Positions 28,541 to 38,530 of a stretch of DNA of 64,000 bases are shown piece after piece. Below the pieces are notes generated by a model that was not told where the DNA came from, searched no databases, and worked only from the letters and a program-made list of their open reading frames with translations. The DNA comes from a virus. Position 1 is the stretch's first letter. Each line of letters begins with the position of its first letter. Where the stretch lies: the IMG/VR virus record IMGVR_UViG_3300046533_000687, positions 11,486 through 75,485 of that record; one strand, 5' to 3'. The position numbers and the translations under genes were made by a program.

Positions 28541-31168
28541 ATGAAAAGAGTCCTGCTCGTTTTGTTGACGCTGCTCGCGTTGTGTGGACGCGTTGAGGCG
28601 GCGGTCTTCGTCGCGGCCGGGAATATCAACCTGTCCGGCAACTGGCTGACGACCGACGCAACAGGGAATAATTACGTCGTCCCAACGACGACGCCAGCTC
28701 TATCAACAGGCAACACCGACTCGTCGACATTCGTCCTCGGAGCTAGTCAAGTCGAGGGCATGGCGGTCTGGCTCGCCTCAAGGGCTAACGGTTCTCCGTC
28801 GAATACCATCACGGTTATCCTTCGGAACAGCACGACGTCTACGAATACCTGCTCAGTCACTGCCAACGTCAGCGATCTGCCGACTGCTAACACGACCGAA
28901 GGCAACGGCGGCTGGTTTCATCTGAAGTGCGCGTCTGCGTTCACACCGAACGGAACCGACTCATATCTGATACGCGCGACGCTGTCATCGACCTCAACTG
29001 CCGTGTCGCTATACGCGAGCAGCGGGAACAACTTCGAGCGGCTGGTTGTGCGAACCGCGACTGGAACGCCCAGTACCGGCGACGACATGTTCGTTCAGGG
29101 CGTCTTCGACGGCGCATCTAATCCAGCCACGACGGCGACGGTCACGCTGACGAACGACAACACCGCGACGACGGACTTCGGGTCGGCGAGTACTAATCAA
29201 GCCGTGGCTGCTCTGGTCATCAGTAACCGTGGGACGTTCGCCTACGGGACGGCTACGTCAACGAATTACTATCTGAAGCTGAGCGGCTGGATTCGCATCG
29301 CGAACGGCGGCGTGTTCTCAATGGGAGCGAGCGGGGCAGAGATTCCGCGTAGCTCAACGGCGGTACTGGAGTTCGACTGCTCAGCCGACGGAGACTTCGG
29401 CGTGCTCGTCAACGACGGCGGCACATTCTATTCGTTCGGCCTGTCGCGAACGAGTGGGAAGAACGTCATCTGGACGCTGCTCACGGCGAACCTCGCAGCC
29501 TCTGGCACGTCAGCCACGGTCGCCGATGACACCGGCTGGTTGAACGGAGACGTCCTCGCGATTGCCCCAACAGCCAGAACCTTCTCTCAAGGCGAGACGG
29601 TCACGCTAAACGCCGACGCGACATCGAGCGGGCTGGCGTGGACGACCGGCACGACGAACGCGCATCTCGGACAGGCGACCGATAAGGCGCAGGCCGAGGT
29701 CATCCTCCTCACGCGGAATGTGATGATCCGGTCGGCCTCGACGACAGGCATGTCGAGGATCACTGAGGACAACGGCGCGACTATCGACATCGAGTGGACC
29801 GACATCCGGTACCTCGGCTACGGCGGGCTGTCAGCGCTCGGAGCAGTCAACAGCAACCTGACAACCTCAGGCTCTATAGCGCTGGCCTACGACACCATCC
29901 GAGACGCTGACGGGACGGCGCTGTCGTTCGGCGATCTAGCGACGACCGGAGTTTATAGCGTCCAGCATGTGACGATGTGGAACATCGACACGCAGAACGT
30001 CAGCAACGCTTCGATCTTCTCTCCGCAGGTTGGTACTGGGCCGGGACCGGGAACCCTCAGCGACATCGTCGTCATCGTCAACCATGCCTGCGGTGGGTCG
30101 ACTGGTTGCTTCGGCACCATCAATACGCCGTGGCTGTCGGCCACGATCACTAACATCCGTATCAGCGGCGGCAGCGTCGCCTTCGGCTTCACTTGCAACA
30201 ACGCGAGCGTCAACTGTTCCGGCGCGACCATCGACGGACTCGTCGCCCACAGTAATAGCGGCAGCGGCCTCAACTTGTTCTCCGGGCAGAACAATGTGAC
30301 CTACCGCAACGTGACGATGTGGCGGAACGGCGGCGCTGGGTTCGATACGCAAAGCACGCAGGCGTCGAACTTCTCCATTGAGCACGGCCTGTTCTTCGGC
30401 AATACGACGAGCAACATCAACATCGGCAACGGCTCGAACCTCATCGGGTTTCACGCGGTCGACCTGAAGATGTACGGCGACACGTCGTTCGCCACGACGA
30501 ACGGTCTCAACATTCCCGGCGGCGGCGTCGGCATCACGCTCGTCGGACGGATCGATGGGTGCGACTTTGGCACATCGAACGGCTCGCTCTACACGACACA
30601 CACGAACGACATCGTCCTGAACGGGTTCGACCAGATCCAGCTCACGCTGAGTAATTGCAAGCTGGCATCGACGACCGAGGTCAGCGGGACAATGAACCCC
30701 GGCGCGACTGGGTTCATCGCCTACCAGAACCACGACCTGACGGCTGGCGATAACTTCGTCCAGTACCCGCACGGTCGCGTCTCCCAGAACGTCGCCACTG
30801 TTCATAGCCCGGCGACGACGTCCGAGAAAATGACGCCGACGGCGGCGTTCTCGTACCTCAAGCTGGTCTCTGGCACGAAGCTGACGGCCGTCAACAACAC
30901 GCACGGCGCGACACCGTGCGTCTGGATGCAGAAAGACGGCAGCTACAACGGGAACGCGCCGAGGCTGATGCAGGCGGCGAACCCGGCTGTCGGCGTCAAC
31001 TCAGACACGGTCCTCGCGACCTCTGTCCTCTCATCGTCTGGTAGCTGGTTTCAGGTCTGCGGCGCGTCGGCGGCGTTCACAGACAACGGCGTCGGGACGT
31101 GGTTCGTCGATGTCGACGGGACCGCCGGGAACGTGTACATCGGCGACTGGTCAGTGACGATCAACTGA
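28541..31168 (+). CDS. Large G8-like / parallel beta-helix protein with an N-terminal signal peptide (putative depolymerase or adhesin)
   Basis: MKRVLLVLLTLLALCGRVEA leader; AEVILLTRNV motif; PbH1-like repeats; T/S/G/N-rich. Confidence 0.65.
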   Translation: MKRVLLVLLTLLALCGRVEAAVFVAAGNINLSGNWLTTDATGNNYVVPTTTPALSTGNTDSSTFVLGASQVEGMAVWLASRANGSPSNTITVILRNSTTSTNTCSVTANVSDLPTANTTEGNGGWFHLKCASAFTPNGTDSYLIRATLSSTSTAVSLYASSGNNFERLVVRTATGTPSTGDDMFVQGVFDGASNPATTATVTLTNDNTATTDFGSASTNQAVAALVISNRGTFAYGTATSTNYYLKLSGWIRIANGGVFSMGASGAEIPRSSTAVLEFDCSADGDFGVLVNDGGTFYSFGLSRTSGKNVIWTLLTANLAASGTSATVADDTGWLNGDVLAIAPTARTFSQGETVTLNADATSSGLAWTTGTTNAHLGQATDKAQAEVILLTRNVMIRSASTTGMSRITEDNGATIDIEWTDIRYLGYGGLSALGAVNSNLTTSGSIALAYDTIRDADGTALSFGDLATTGVYSVQHVTMWNIDTQNVSNASIFSPQVGTGPGPGTLSDIVVIVNHACGGSTGCFGTINTPWLSATITNIRISGGSVAFGFTCNNASVNCSGATIDGLVAHSNSGSGLNLFSGQNNVTYRNVTMWRNGGAGFDTQSTQASNFSIEHGLFFGNTTSNINIGNGSNLIGFHAVDLKMYGDTSFATTNGLNIPGGGVGITLVGRIDGCDFGTSNGSLYTTHTNDIVLNGFDQIQLTLSNCKLASTTEVSGTMNPGATGFIAYQNHDLTAGDNFVQYPHGRVSQNVATVHSPATTSEKMTPTAAFSYLKLVSGTKLTAVNNTHGATPCVWMQKDGSYNGNAPRLMQAANPAVGVNSDTVLATSVLSSSGSWFQVCGASAAFTDNGVGTWFVDVDGTAGNVYIGDWSVTIN

Positions 31169-31812
31169 TGGCTGATGATTGGATCGATGGCAAACCAGAC
31201 CCCGGCCTTGGGCCGAACAGCGGCGACAATTGGATTGATGGGAAGCCGGATCCAATTCTGGAACCGACGGGCGGGGATCTGTCTGCTAGCCTCCAGGAGA
31301 CCCTCCGGGTCACGGAGTTCGCGTCAGGCCCGCTGCTCGCCGCGCTCCTCACGGAGCACCTTCGCGTCTCGGACACAGCGCTCGTCGTTCAGCCGGTCGA
31401 GCTGTTCGCGTTCATCGCGTCGGAACACGTTACGGTTTCCGACGCGCTGGTTGTGCAGCCGATCTTTCTCTCTGTATCTCTTACGGAGACAATTCGGATT
31501 CGTGATACTCCGACCACGCACATCTTTCAAGGAAAGATCCACCTCTCGCAGGAGCCCATCGAGGTCCTGGATGACGATGGTGAGACGCCGTTCATTCACC
31601 TGTCTCAAGAGCCACTCGAATCGCTGGTCGATGACGGCATTGAGCCTGTCGTTCACCTCTCGCAGATACCGATCGAGGTGCTTGTGGAAGTTGTTACGCA
31701 ATGCATCTCCGGCGGGCAAGTGCCCGTCCTTGACGATCCACCAGACGGGCAGCCGTTCGTCGGACGTAACCTCAATCCGCGCTTGTGGTTGGAGATAGAC
31801 TTTGACGATTAG
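31168..31812 (+). CDS. Repeat-containing tail adaptor protein
   Basis: WIDGKPDP x2, ExLxVxD/E x4, HLSQxPxE x3 and C-terminal DPPDGQPF motif. Confidence 0.6.
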   Translation: MADDWIDGKPDPGLGPNSGDNWIDGKPDPILEPTGGDLSASLQETLRVTEFASGPLLAALLTEHLRVSDTALVVQPVELFAFIASEHVTVSDALVVQPIFLSVSLTETIRIRDTPTTHIFQGKIHLSQEPIEVLDDDGETPFIHLSQEPLESLVDDGIEPVVHLSQIPIEVLVEVVTQCISGGQVPVLDDPPDGQPFVGRNLNPRLWLEIDFDD

Positions 31813-34525
31813 ATCCTTTTCGATCGACACGCTGAACCATCCGCCGACCTACGAAGGCGGACGGAAGATCGGTAAGGTGCAGTCGATGGGTACCATCAAC
31901 CGCGAGCTGTCCGACCGCAGCAGCAGCTACAAGCCAGGCTCGGGACAGTGCACGGTGGATGACACGGACCGCCTGCTCAGTACACTTGAAGCTGACGCGG
32001 CGTCGAAGAATTGGTTCAACCGTGAGATGCGCATCTGCCTCGCGTCGAACGAGTCTATCATCGCCAATCAGACGCCATGGACGCGGTTCCGCGGCATCCT
32101 GACGGCGAATCAGCAGACCGGGCTGCAGCGGACGCTTACGTACCTCTCGGCGCTCGGCTCGGAGTTTTCTCCCCTCGATCTTGATCGTACGCTTCCGAGC
32201 AGACAGGTGAAGGATGACTTCGCCGCGACTGCTCCGTCCGAGTCGCTTGACAAGTTCGTCCCGATCTGCATGGGCATCTTTCCGGATCGAACGTTCGGCG
32301 TAACACCACCACCAACAGTTCCAGTAGCGAATGTGCAGTGGGCTCTTGACGCCCGTGCAGCCGCGCCTACTGGATTTACGGCTATCTACTCTAATGCTGG
32401 CGTTGTGTATTATCCTGACCATCCATCCTGGGGCTTTTATGATGGCGTCACTATCTGGTATGCACTCGCGGCAGTTATTGATAACGGTACGAGTGAGGGC
32501 ATCGAATCGGAACCTGCCCTTATCAGTGTCGCCGTAGGGTCGCAAGGACAGGTCGATCTGACATGGGACGCGTACAGCGGCCCGCCAATCTTGGGGTGGC
32601 GGATGTGGGCTGCGCTTGGCAGTAGTTTTGCGCAGCACTCTGTACTCTGCGAAACAACCGGTTCACGACCAGCCGTCACCCTTCCATCTGGTACGCTTGC
32701 ATATACCGATTACTCCGGAGGAACCCGAAACGATCCCGATACCGATCCGCCCAATTGGCGGCTTGCACTCCGAATCAATCAGTACTATCTCGTGTACGCT
32801 CAGCTTACATCGATCGCTGACGGGTCCATAACGTTCAGCCCACGAGCGCAAAGCGGAGAAACCTTCATCGCACCCGCGTTCCTGTCAACGGTAGGTCCAA
32901 TAGGACGTCTATATAACGCGACGGTCACGTGGGACCCGTATACAGCACCCTCCGGTTGGACGCTGACGGGTTATCGCATCATTCGTCACCGCTCATTCTA
33001 TAGCTCTTGGGCCCCACTTTTTGACGTACAGTTCGACGTCGGACCAGGGGTAACATCGGTTGATGACGTTGGGCATGGCGCGGCCTACTGGGATAGTTAC
33101 TCGGACAATCCGTCCGTCGTGATTCCTGGACTGGCTTCGGCTGGCGCGAACGACGGAGTGATCGTCGGTATTCCGGTCGGAAAGGCGACGGTTAACGGCA
33201 TCGTCGTCAATCAGCTGATGCTTTGCGGGCATGCAATTCGAGAGGTGGATGACGGCTATACGAGTCGCGACATTTCTGGAACGGGGCAGCCAACAACAAC
33301 GGTTCCGGTCTTCGACTTTATTCCGGATAGCGATTGGGGTGTTAAGTGGTGGGCACCGGGAAAGCTGGGTTGGTCGAGCATGTCCGCGACTAACTATGTG
33401 GTGGTGAACAGCAACTGGTACACGATCGTCTACACGACCGTCGACCCACTTCCGACGACGGTGCTCTTCCGCGCCTGCACGATGGAAGATGTCAGCGACG
33501 GTTCTGGCAGTACGATCGACGGCGCCACGCGTCAGCTGTTTCACCTCTGTCAGAACTTCATCTTGCCGCCATCCGGTCAAGCGTGGAAGAGCGGCGCATG
33601 GCTGGCACCGCGTACGTTCGTCGACGGGACGCCGGTCGTCAACTCCGCCGACGTCGCCGCGAACGAGGCCGTCGAGATTGCACGCATCGGACGCTACTAT
33701 CGCGGGCAGATATATCTTGATCAGCCGACCTCGGTCCGCGACCTGCTTGGAAGAGCCTTTGAGTCGTTCGGCTATCGCTTCGGCGAGAATCACCACGGGC
33801 AGTTCTTCTGGACGTTGCTCGATGAGTTCACGGATCTTGATACCGTCACGCTCTTGACGGACGTACGCGAGATCGTCGCGGACACGGTTCTCGACCCGCG
33901 CCTCTCGGATATGGCGAATACCGAGGTGTACTCTTATGGGTACCGGCCTGCTGACAGCACAGGGTTCGTGAAGAACAATCAGCAGGTGCAAGACGATTAT
34001 GCTATCGGTACAGATACGCCGCCAACCGGTAATCGCGGTCGTGCTAAGCGACATACGCGGAGCATGTTCTATGTCGACGATCCTGAGACGGTGACGAGCG
34101 TCATCGGCCAGGACCTGCTGTTCTACGCGTATCCGCCGCGCTACGTCACGGTCGTCTGTAGCCTGCAGGCTGTGCCGGTGAAGCTCGGGTCGATCGTGCA
34201 GGTGAACGACTATCAGGGCATCGGCGCAACTGGCTGGCTCAATCGCCCGCTTTGGGTACTCGGGATCCAGGATACGTACAACGACCTGCAGAGTGCGCCG
34301 ACGATTCAGCTCTCGTGCGTAGACGTGTATCCCATCCTCGTGTCACCTCCGAAGATCAGCGCGCAGATCATCGAGCACGTGACGATGTCCGACGTGCTGA
34401 TCCCGAACACGCTGACGGCTGGGCCTTCGGAGCATGTCAGAGTTTCCGAGAGCACGTCGCGTACTCTGAATCCGCTCGGCGCGTTCCTCACAGAAACTAT
34501 CAAGTCGTCGGAGGTGAAACTGTAA
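31802..34525 (+). CDS. Large tail tip/hub protein
   Basis: 907 aa; TTG start 7 nt after GGAG; last structural gene before the lysis genes. Confidence 0.65.
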   Translation: MTIRSFSIDTLNHPPTYEGGRKIGKVQSMGTINRELSDRSSSYKPGSGQCTVDDTDRLLSTLEADAASKNWFNREMRICLASNESIIANQTPWTRFRGILTANQQTGLQRTLTYLSALGSEFSPLDLDRTLPSRQVKDDFAATAPSESLDKFVPICMGIFPDRTFGVTPPPTVPVANVQWALDARAAAPTGFTAIYSNAGVVYYPDHPSWGFYDGVTIWYALAAVIDNGTSEGIESEPALISVAVGSQGQVDLTWDAYSGPPILGWRMWAALGSSFAQHSVLCETTGSRPAVTLPSGTLAYTDYSGGTRNDPDTDPPNWRLALRINQYYLVYAQLTSIADGSITFSPRAQSGETFIAPAFLSTVGPIGRLYNATVTWDPYTAPSGWTLTGYRIIRHRSFYSSWAPLFDVQFDVGPGVTSVDDVGHGAAYWDSYSDNPSVVIPGLASAGANDGVIVGIPVGKATVNGIVVNQLMLCGHAIREVDDGYTSRDISGTGQPTTTVPVFDFIPDSDWGVKWWAPGKLGWSSMSATNYVVVNSNWYTIVYTTVDPLPTTVLFRACTMEDVSDGSGSTIDGATRQLFHLCQNFILPPSGQAWKSGAWLAPRTFVDGTPVVNSADVAANEAVEIARIGRYYRGQIYLDQPTSVRDLLGRAFESFGYRFGENHHGQFFWTLLDEFTDLDTVTLLTDVREIVADTVLDPRLSDMANTEVYSYGYRPADSTGFVKNNQQVQDDYAIGTDTPPTGNRGRAKRHTRSMFYVDDPETVTSVIGQDLLFYAYPPRYVTVVCSLQAVPVKLGSIVQVNDYQGIGATGWLNRPLWVLGIQDTYNDLQSAPTIQLSCVDVYPILVSPPKISAQIIEHVTMSDVLIPNTLTAGPSEHVRVSESTSRTLNPLGAFLTETIKSSEVKL

Positions 34526-34962
34526 TGGAGATCACGGCATACACGCTGGCGCAGCGATTCGTCGGACTCGCCGAGGTGGCCGGCGCTGTAGACAACGCGC
34601 AGATCGACGCCTTCCTGCACCTCGACCAGCCTGAGTCCGGGCTTAAGGACGAGACGCCCTGGTGCTCGGCGTTCGTCAACTGGATCTCGTGGCTCCTGCG
34701 CCTGCCTAGGTCGAAGAGCCTGGCGGCCCGTAGCAGCTTGAGTATCGGCATCCCCGTCAACCTCGACGACGCCGAGGCGGGATTCGACATCGTGATCCTG
34801 TGGCGGGATAGCCCGACGGCCGCGACCGGGCACGTCGGCTTCTACGCGGGGCGCGAGGGTGAGAACGTGCTCGTGCTAGGCGGAAACCAGAACAATCGGG
34901 TTAGCATCCAGAGCTTCTCGGCTGATCGGGTGCTCGGCGTGAGGCGTCTTGCGAGTCAGTAA
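34525..34962 (+). CDS. Endolysin, NlpC/P60-like peptidase (TIGR02594-type)
   Basis: DETPWCSAFVNW, GHVGFY and VLGGNQ. Confidence 0.85.
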   Translation: MEITAYTLAQRFVGLAEVAGAVDNAQIDAFLHLDQPESGLKDETPWCSAFVNWISWLLRLPRSKSLAARSSLSIGIPVNLDDAEAGFDIVILWRDSPTAATGHVGFYAGREGENVLVLGGNQNNRVSIQSFSADRVLGVRRLASQ

Positions 34963-34993
34963 CTGGACATTGGCAACAGAACAGAAGGGACAT

Positions 34994-35335
34994 ATGATTA
35001 TTGCATTCAGCTCAGCACCGTTCGGGCGACCCGGCAGCGATGACTTTCGACAGGTCGGCACGGTAATGCCGGCCGAAAGGGCAGGCTACGTCATCATAGC
35101 CTGGGCGCCGACAGGTGCTGACGGTCGCGTACCGGCGAATCCGTCGACCATTCTCGGCCTGTCGCCCGACGGCAACTACAGCACGTCGCCGGCCAACGAG
35201 GTCGGTAACGGTCAGCAGTTCAAGATCGATAACGGGAGCCTCGTCGTCAGGCCTAACATCAGCCTCAATGATGGATCCGTCTTGGGGCCGGGTCCGACCG
35301 TCGCCTATGTCATCGCCATGCGGGTGATAGGATGA
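34994..35335 (+). CDS. Hypothetical protein
   Basis: AAGGGA RBS; coupled to the next gene. Confidence 0.55.
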   Translation: MIIAFSSAPFGRPGSDDFRQVGTVMPAERAGYVIIAWAPTGADGRVPANPSTILGLSPDGNYSTSPANEVGNGQQFKIDNGSLVVRPNISLNDGSVLGPGPTVAYVIAMRVIG

Positions 35336-36594
35336 GCGCCTCGCTGATCTTGCTGGGTGGTGGCACAGCTGCACGCCCACCTCGCCGAGGAGTGGTTCGA
35401 GCAGATGGCAAGGCGGTCCGTGACGATGCGGGCTTCTTCCATCCGCTCGGCATGACGTTCTTCTGGGCCCCGCAAGGATGGAAGTTTGATAACGCGAGGT
35501 TCCTGAAGAATCTCGACTGGGCCGCAGCACTTCCCGCGCCTCCGGACTACCTGCGCGTTCTTGGACAGGTCGACTGGCCAGGGTGGGAGATCGATCCCAA
35601 CTGGCTCGACTACGACGAGGTGATGTATAACGTCTTCAACGCCATCCATGAACGCGGCATGCGCACCGAACTCACGATGTGCGGCTCTCCATATAACGAC
35701 CCCTGGAGCCTCGCGCATCGACTTTCGATGATCATGCGCGACCACACAGACTGGTTCATGGACGTCGAGACGTGGAACGAGTGGACACAGAACGGTGGAT
35801 CGATAGGCGCCATGAAGGATGCCGCAGAAATCTTCCTTAACGAGTCAGGCGTGCCGCTCGTCGCCCTGTCGTCGAATATCGTCAACCCAGACCGCGTGAT
35901 CGCCGACGCATCCGCCGAGTGCGGCGCGACGCTCGGTACTGATCACACGGATCGCGATGACGGCGACTTCGGCTGGCGCATGGTGCGGCAGGGGAACGGG
36001 TCGAAGGACACGCGGCTCGTCTATTCGGCCAACGAGCCTCCCGGACCGAACTCGAGCATCAACGTGCTGGAGAACCCGTTGCAGCTGGCGATGCTCCGGC
36101 AGACCTCGGTACAGTCAGGCGGCGCGCTGTTCGTGCTGCACGTCGGCGACATGGTGATGGGCAAGGAGGATCCTGCGCACGGCCGGCATCCAAATCTCTG
36201 GGAGGTCGACAACCTTCCGGCGCTCTTCGCCGCGGTGCGTGGCGTCGATCGCTTCCTGCCGGATGGCATCGAGAACTGGACGCCGACGAATCAGCACGGC
36301 ACGACCGAGCGCGTCGGGCCGCACCCGCTACTTGCCGATGGCATATGGTCGGACGGCGACGACCACGGCGTGAACAGGGCCTATGGCGCGGTCAGCGGCA
36401 ATCAGTTCGTCGAGTCCTTGCTCGGTGTAAAAGGCTATGTCACGCTGACAGCAGATAGGCCGATGACGGCAAGCGCGTTCGACCCGGTGACTGGCGACGT
36501 AGTTTCCGCCGTCACGCTCGCGCCCGGACAGTCGTGGACGCTACAGGGCCGGGACGACACGATGGTCGGATACGTGGTGAAAGGACAGTGGTGA
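35332..36594 (+). CDS. Putative glycoside hydrolase-like (TIM barrel) protein
   Basis: DGKAVRDDAG.F.PLG..FFWA, YLRVLG, ETWNE and ANEP patterns resemble clan GH-A. Confidence 0.4.
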   Translation: MSASLILLGGGTAARPPRRGVVRADGKAVRDDAGFFHPLGMTFFWAPQGWKFDNARFLKNLDWAAALPAPPDYLRVLGQVDWPGWEIDPNWLDYDEVMYNVFNAIHERGMRTELTMCGSPYNDPWSLAHRLSMIMRDHTDWFMDVETWNEWTQNGGSIGAMKDAAEIFLNESGVPLVALSSNIVNPDRVIADASAECGATLGTDHTDRDDGDFGWRMVRQGNGSKDTRLVYSANEPPGPNSSINVLENPLQLAMLRQTSVQSGGALFVLHVGDMVMGKEDPAHGRHPNLWEVDNLPALFAAVRGVDRFLPDGIENWTPTNQHGTTERVGPHPLLADGIWSDGDDHGVNRAYGAVSGNQFVESLLGVKGYVTLTADRPMTASAFDPVTGDVVSAVTLAPGQSWTLQGRDDTMVGYVVKGQW

Positions 36595-36756
36595 TGTGGA
36601 TCACCGTGCGCATGGAGATCGTCGAGATCGCGGGGAAGCCTCAGGTCGAGGATGACGTGAAACGTATCCTGCAGAAGCTGCCATATCGACACGAGCTTCC
36701 TGACGCGATCATCGAGTGGAACCCGGCATCTATTCACGTAGAAGTGGAGGACTAGC

Positions 36757-36915
36757 ATGTTGACAACACAAGTCTCGACCGGACTGCGCGTTATCTTTAT
36801 CGTCTTCGGCCTCGGCTGCGAGCTGATCGCCGGATTTAAGGTCGTCAATCCTGAGGGCAGGATCAACTTCACCGCGATGGGCCTGGCATTCTGGTTCGCC
36901 GCGACCCTACTCTGA
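36757..36915 (+). CDS. Small two-TM membrane protein (holin candidate)
   Basis: GGAGG RBS; MLTTQVSTGLRVIFIVFGLGCELIAG...FTAMGLAFWFAATLL. Confidence 0.5.
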   Translation: MLTTQVSTGLRVIFIVFGLGCELIAGFKVVNPEGRINFTAMGLAFWFAATLL

Positions 36916-37496
36916 TGGGGAAGATCTCCGTCGCAGGCGTGAGCTTGGAGGATGTACCGGGCTGGGCAGTGAGCCTCGTCGCGGTGATCATCGTCAGCGT
37001 CGTGGCGTTCGGGCTGTGGTGGAAGACGGTGCGAGACCCATCGCGGCAGCTCGTCACGCTCCGCGAGGCGAACAACGCGCTACACGCGGAGGTGGAAGAG
37101 TACAACAAGCACATCGGCGAGGTGGCCGAGACGACATCCGTCCTGATGAACGACGTACGTGGCAAGCTGACCGCAGGCCGGTACAATGATGGCTGCATCC
37201 TCTTGACACGCACGATTCCAGGCGGGCTGAAGTCGAAGCTCATCGCGGATCTTGCCCTTGACCTGCATGGTGCAGAACCGAAGGCGTTCAACTGGCCTGC
37301 GATGCCGGTCGTCGAAGCTCAAGGGCGCTGCCTGAATCCTCATCCAGGCGTCTTTACCTGGTCATATGGTCAGAAGAATGGCTGCTGGGTCGAAGTCTGG
37401 CGGCGGTTTCAGGACGGCTGCACGCACGTTCAGATGCTCGACGCATGCGACGGAAGCTGGAATCCGAACATCAGGTGGACATACTGCGTCCACTAA
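36915..37496 (+). CDS. Membrane-anchored coiled-coil protein with a Cys-rich C-terminus
   Basis: N-terminal TM segment, short coiled coil, Cys/Trp-rich tail. Confidence 0.55.
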   Translation: MGKISVAGVSLEDVPGWAVSLVAVIIVSVVAFGLWWKTVRDPSRQLVTLREANNALHAEVEEYNKHIGEVAETTSVLMNDVRGKLTAGRYNDGCILLTRTIPGGLKSKLIADLALDLHGAEPKAFNWPAMPVVEAQGRCLNPHPGVFTWSYGQKNGCWVEVWRRFQDGCTHVQMLDACDGSWNPNIRWTYCVH

Positions 37497-37507
37497 AGGA
37501 GAAGCAG

Positions 37508-37693
37508 ATGGCGAATCGTCGTGACTTGACAGAACGTAATCTCGACGCGCAGAAGAAGCGGAATCTTGAGATGAAGGATGCGCTCATCAACCGAGCGGGC
37601 TCGCTCGATCATCGCATGTCGAACCTCAGCGACCTGGTAGACAACCTGATCAGGCGCGTCACGGCACTCGAAATAAAGGTCGGGAGGGGCTAG
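37508..37693 (+). CDS. Small coiled-coil protein
   Basis: AAGGAG RBS; heptad pattern. Confidence 0.55.
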   Translation: MANRRDLTERNLDAQKKRNLEMKDALINRAGSLDHRMSNLSDLVDNLIRRVTALEIKVGRG

Positions 37694-38067
37694 TGGAAGA
37701 AAAGGCCATCGAAAACTTGCCGGTCACGGTGATCGGCGTCAGGACAGATAACACCGGCTCGCCGATCACGAACGGGCAGGTGATTCAGACACCCGACCAC
37801 CAACCGAACCTTGTGTTCCAGGTCATCGGACCGCTGACGGCAATCCTCGTGCGAACGCTGAACGCGTTCGTGACGACGTACATCGGCATCGCGACGGCGG
37901 CAGGACTTGGAGGGGCCTCGCTGGTCCCTTACACGGACCTGAAGGACCTGCTTATCAAGTCGGCTGTACTCTCGCTATCCGGCGCCGCGCTGGTGTTTCT
38001 CAAGAGCGTGGCGACGATCCTCGGCGATCTTGAAAAGAATCACCCACTATTGACAGGGAGTGTGTAA
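37693..38067 (+). CDS. Membrane protein (holin-like)
   Basis: Two hydrophobic segments; within the lysis cassette. Confidence 0.5.
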   Translation: MEEKAIENLPVTVIGVRTDNTGSPITNGQVIQTPDHQPNLVFQVIGPLTAILVRTLNAFVTTYIGIATAAGLGGASLVPYTDLKDLLIKSAVLSLSGAALVFLKSVATILGDLEKNHPLLTGSV

Positions 38068-38068
38068 C

Positions 38069-38530
38069 GTGAAACGAATTCTTCTATGCGTTATCATCGT
38101 TCAACTCGGCTGCATGCACACGTCGCTCAAGCAGCAGGCGGTGATCGGCGTCCAGGCCTCGGAGACGGCGCTGGAAGCTGCTCACGACATCGAGCGCAGC
38201 CTGTGCTTCGTCAACCCGACGACCGAGCAGGGCGGACACTGCACGAACGCCATCGCTGCCACGGTCGGACTGACCGACGCCAAGCATCAGCAGCTGGCGA
38301 CGCTCTTCGCCAAGGCGTTCGCGACGGAGATCAAGGCGTCCATCGCGCTGCAGGCGTGGAACTCAGGCGACCCGGCACCGACGAACCTCGTTGAGTACAA
38401 GGCAGATGTGGACGCGGTACTCAACCTCGCGCGTCAGCTGGTCACCGGTCAGGCGCAGTCGTTCATCGACAAGGCGCAGGCGGCTGTCGACGAGGCCGCG
38501 AAGATCATCACCATCTTTGGAGGCAAGTAA
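38069..38530 (+). CDS. Putative lipoprotein (spanin-like position)
   Basis: MKRILLCVIIVQLG-C lipobox-like leader and helical body. Confidence 0.55.
   Translation: MKRILLCVIIVQLGCMHTSLKQQAVIGVQASETALEAAHDIERSLCFVNPTTEQGGHCTNAIAATVGLTDAKHQQLATLFAKAFATEIKASIALQAWNSGDPAPTNLVEYKADVDAVLNLARQLVTGQAQSFIDKAQAAVDEAAKIITIFGGK

Noticed and set aside
31800-31806. prfB-like CTTTGAC +1 frameshift site linking 31168-31812 to the tail hub gene
   Set aside because: CTT TGA is not in the translated frame (GAC TTT GAC), and a GGAG RBS supports independent TTG initiation.
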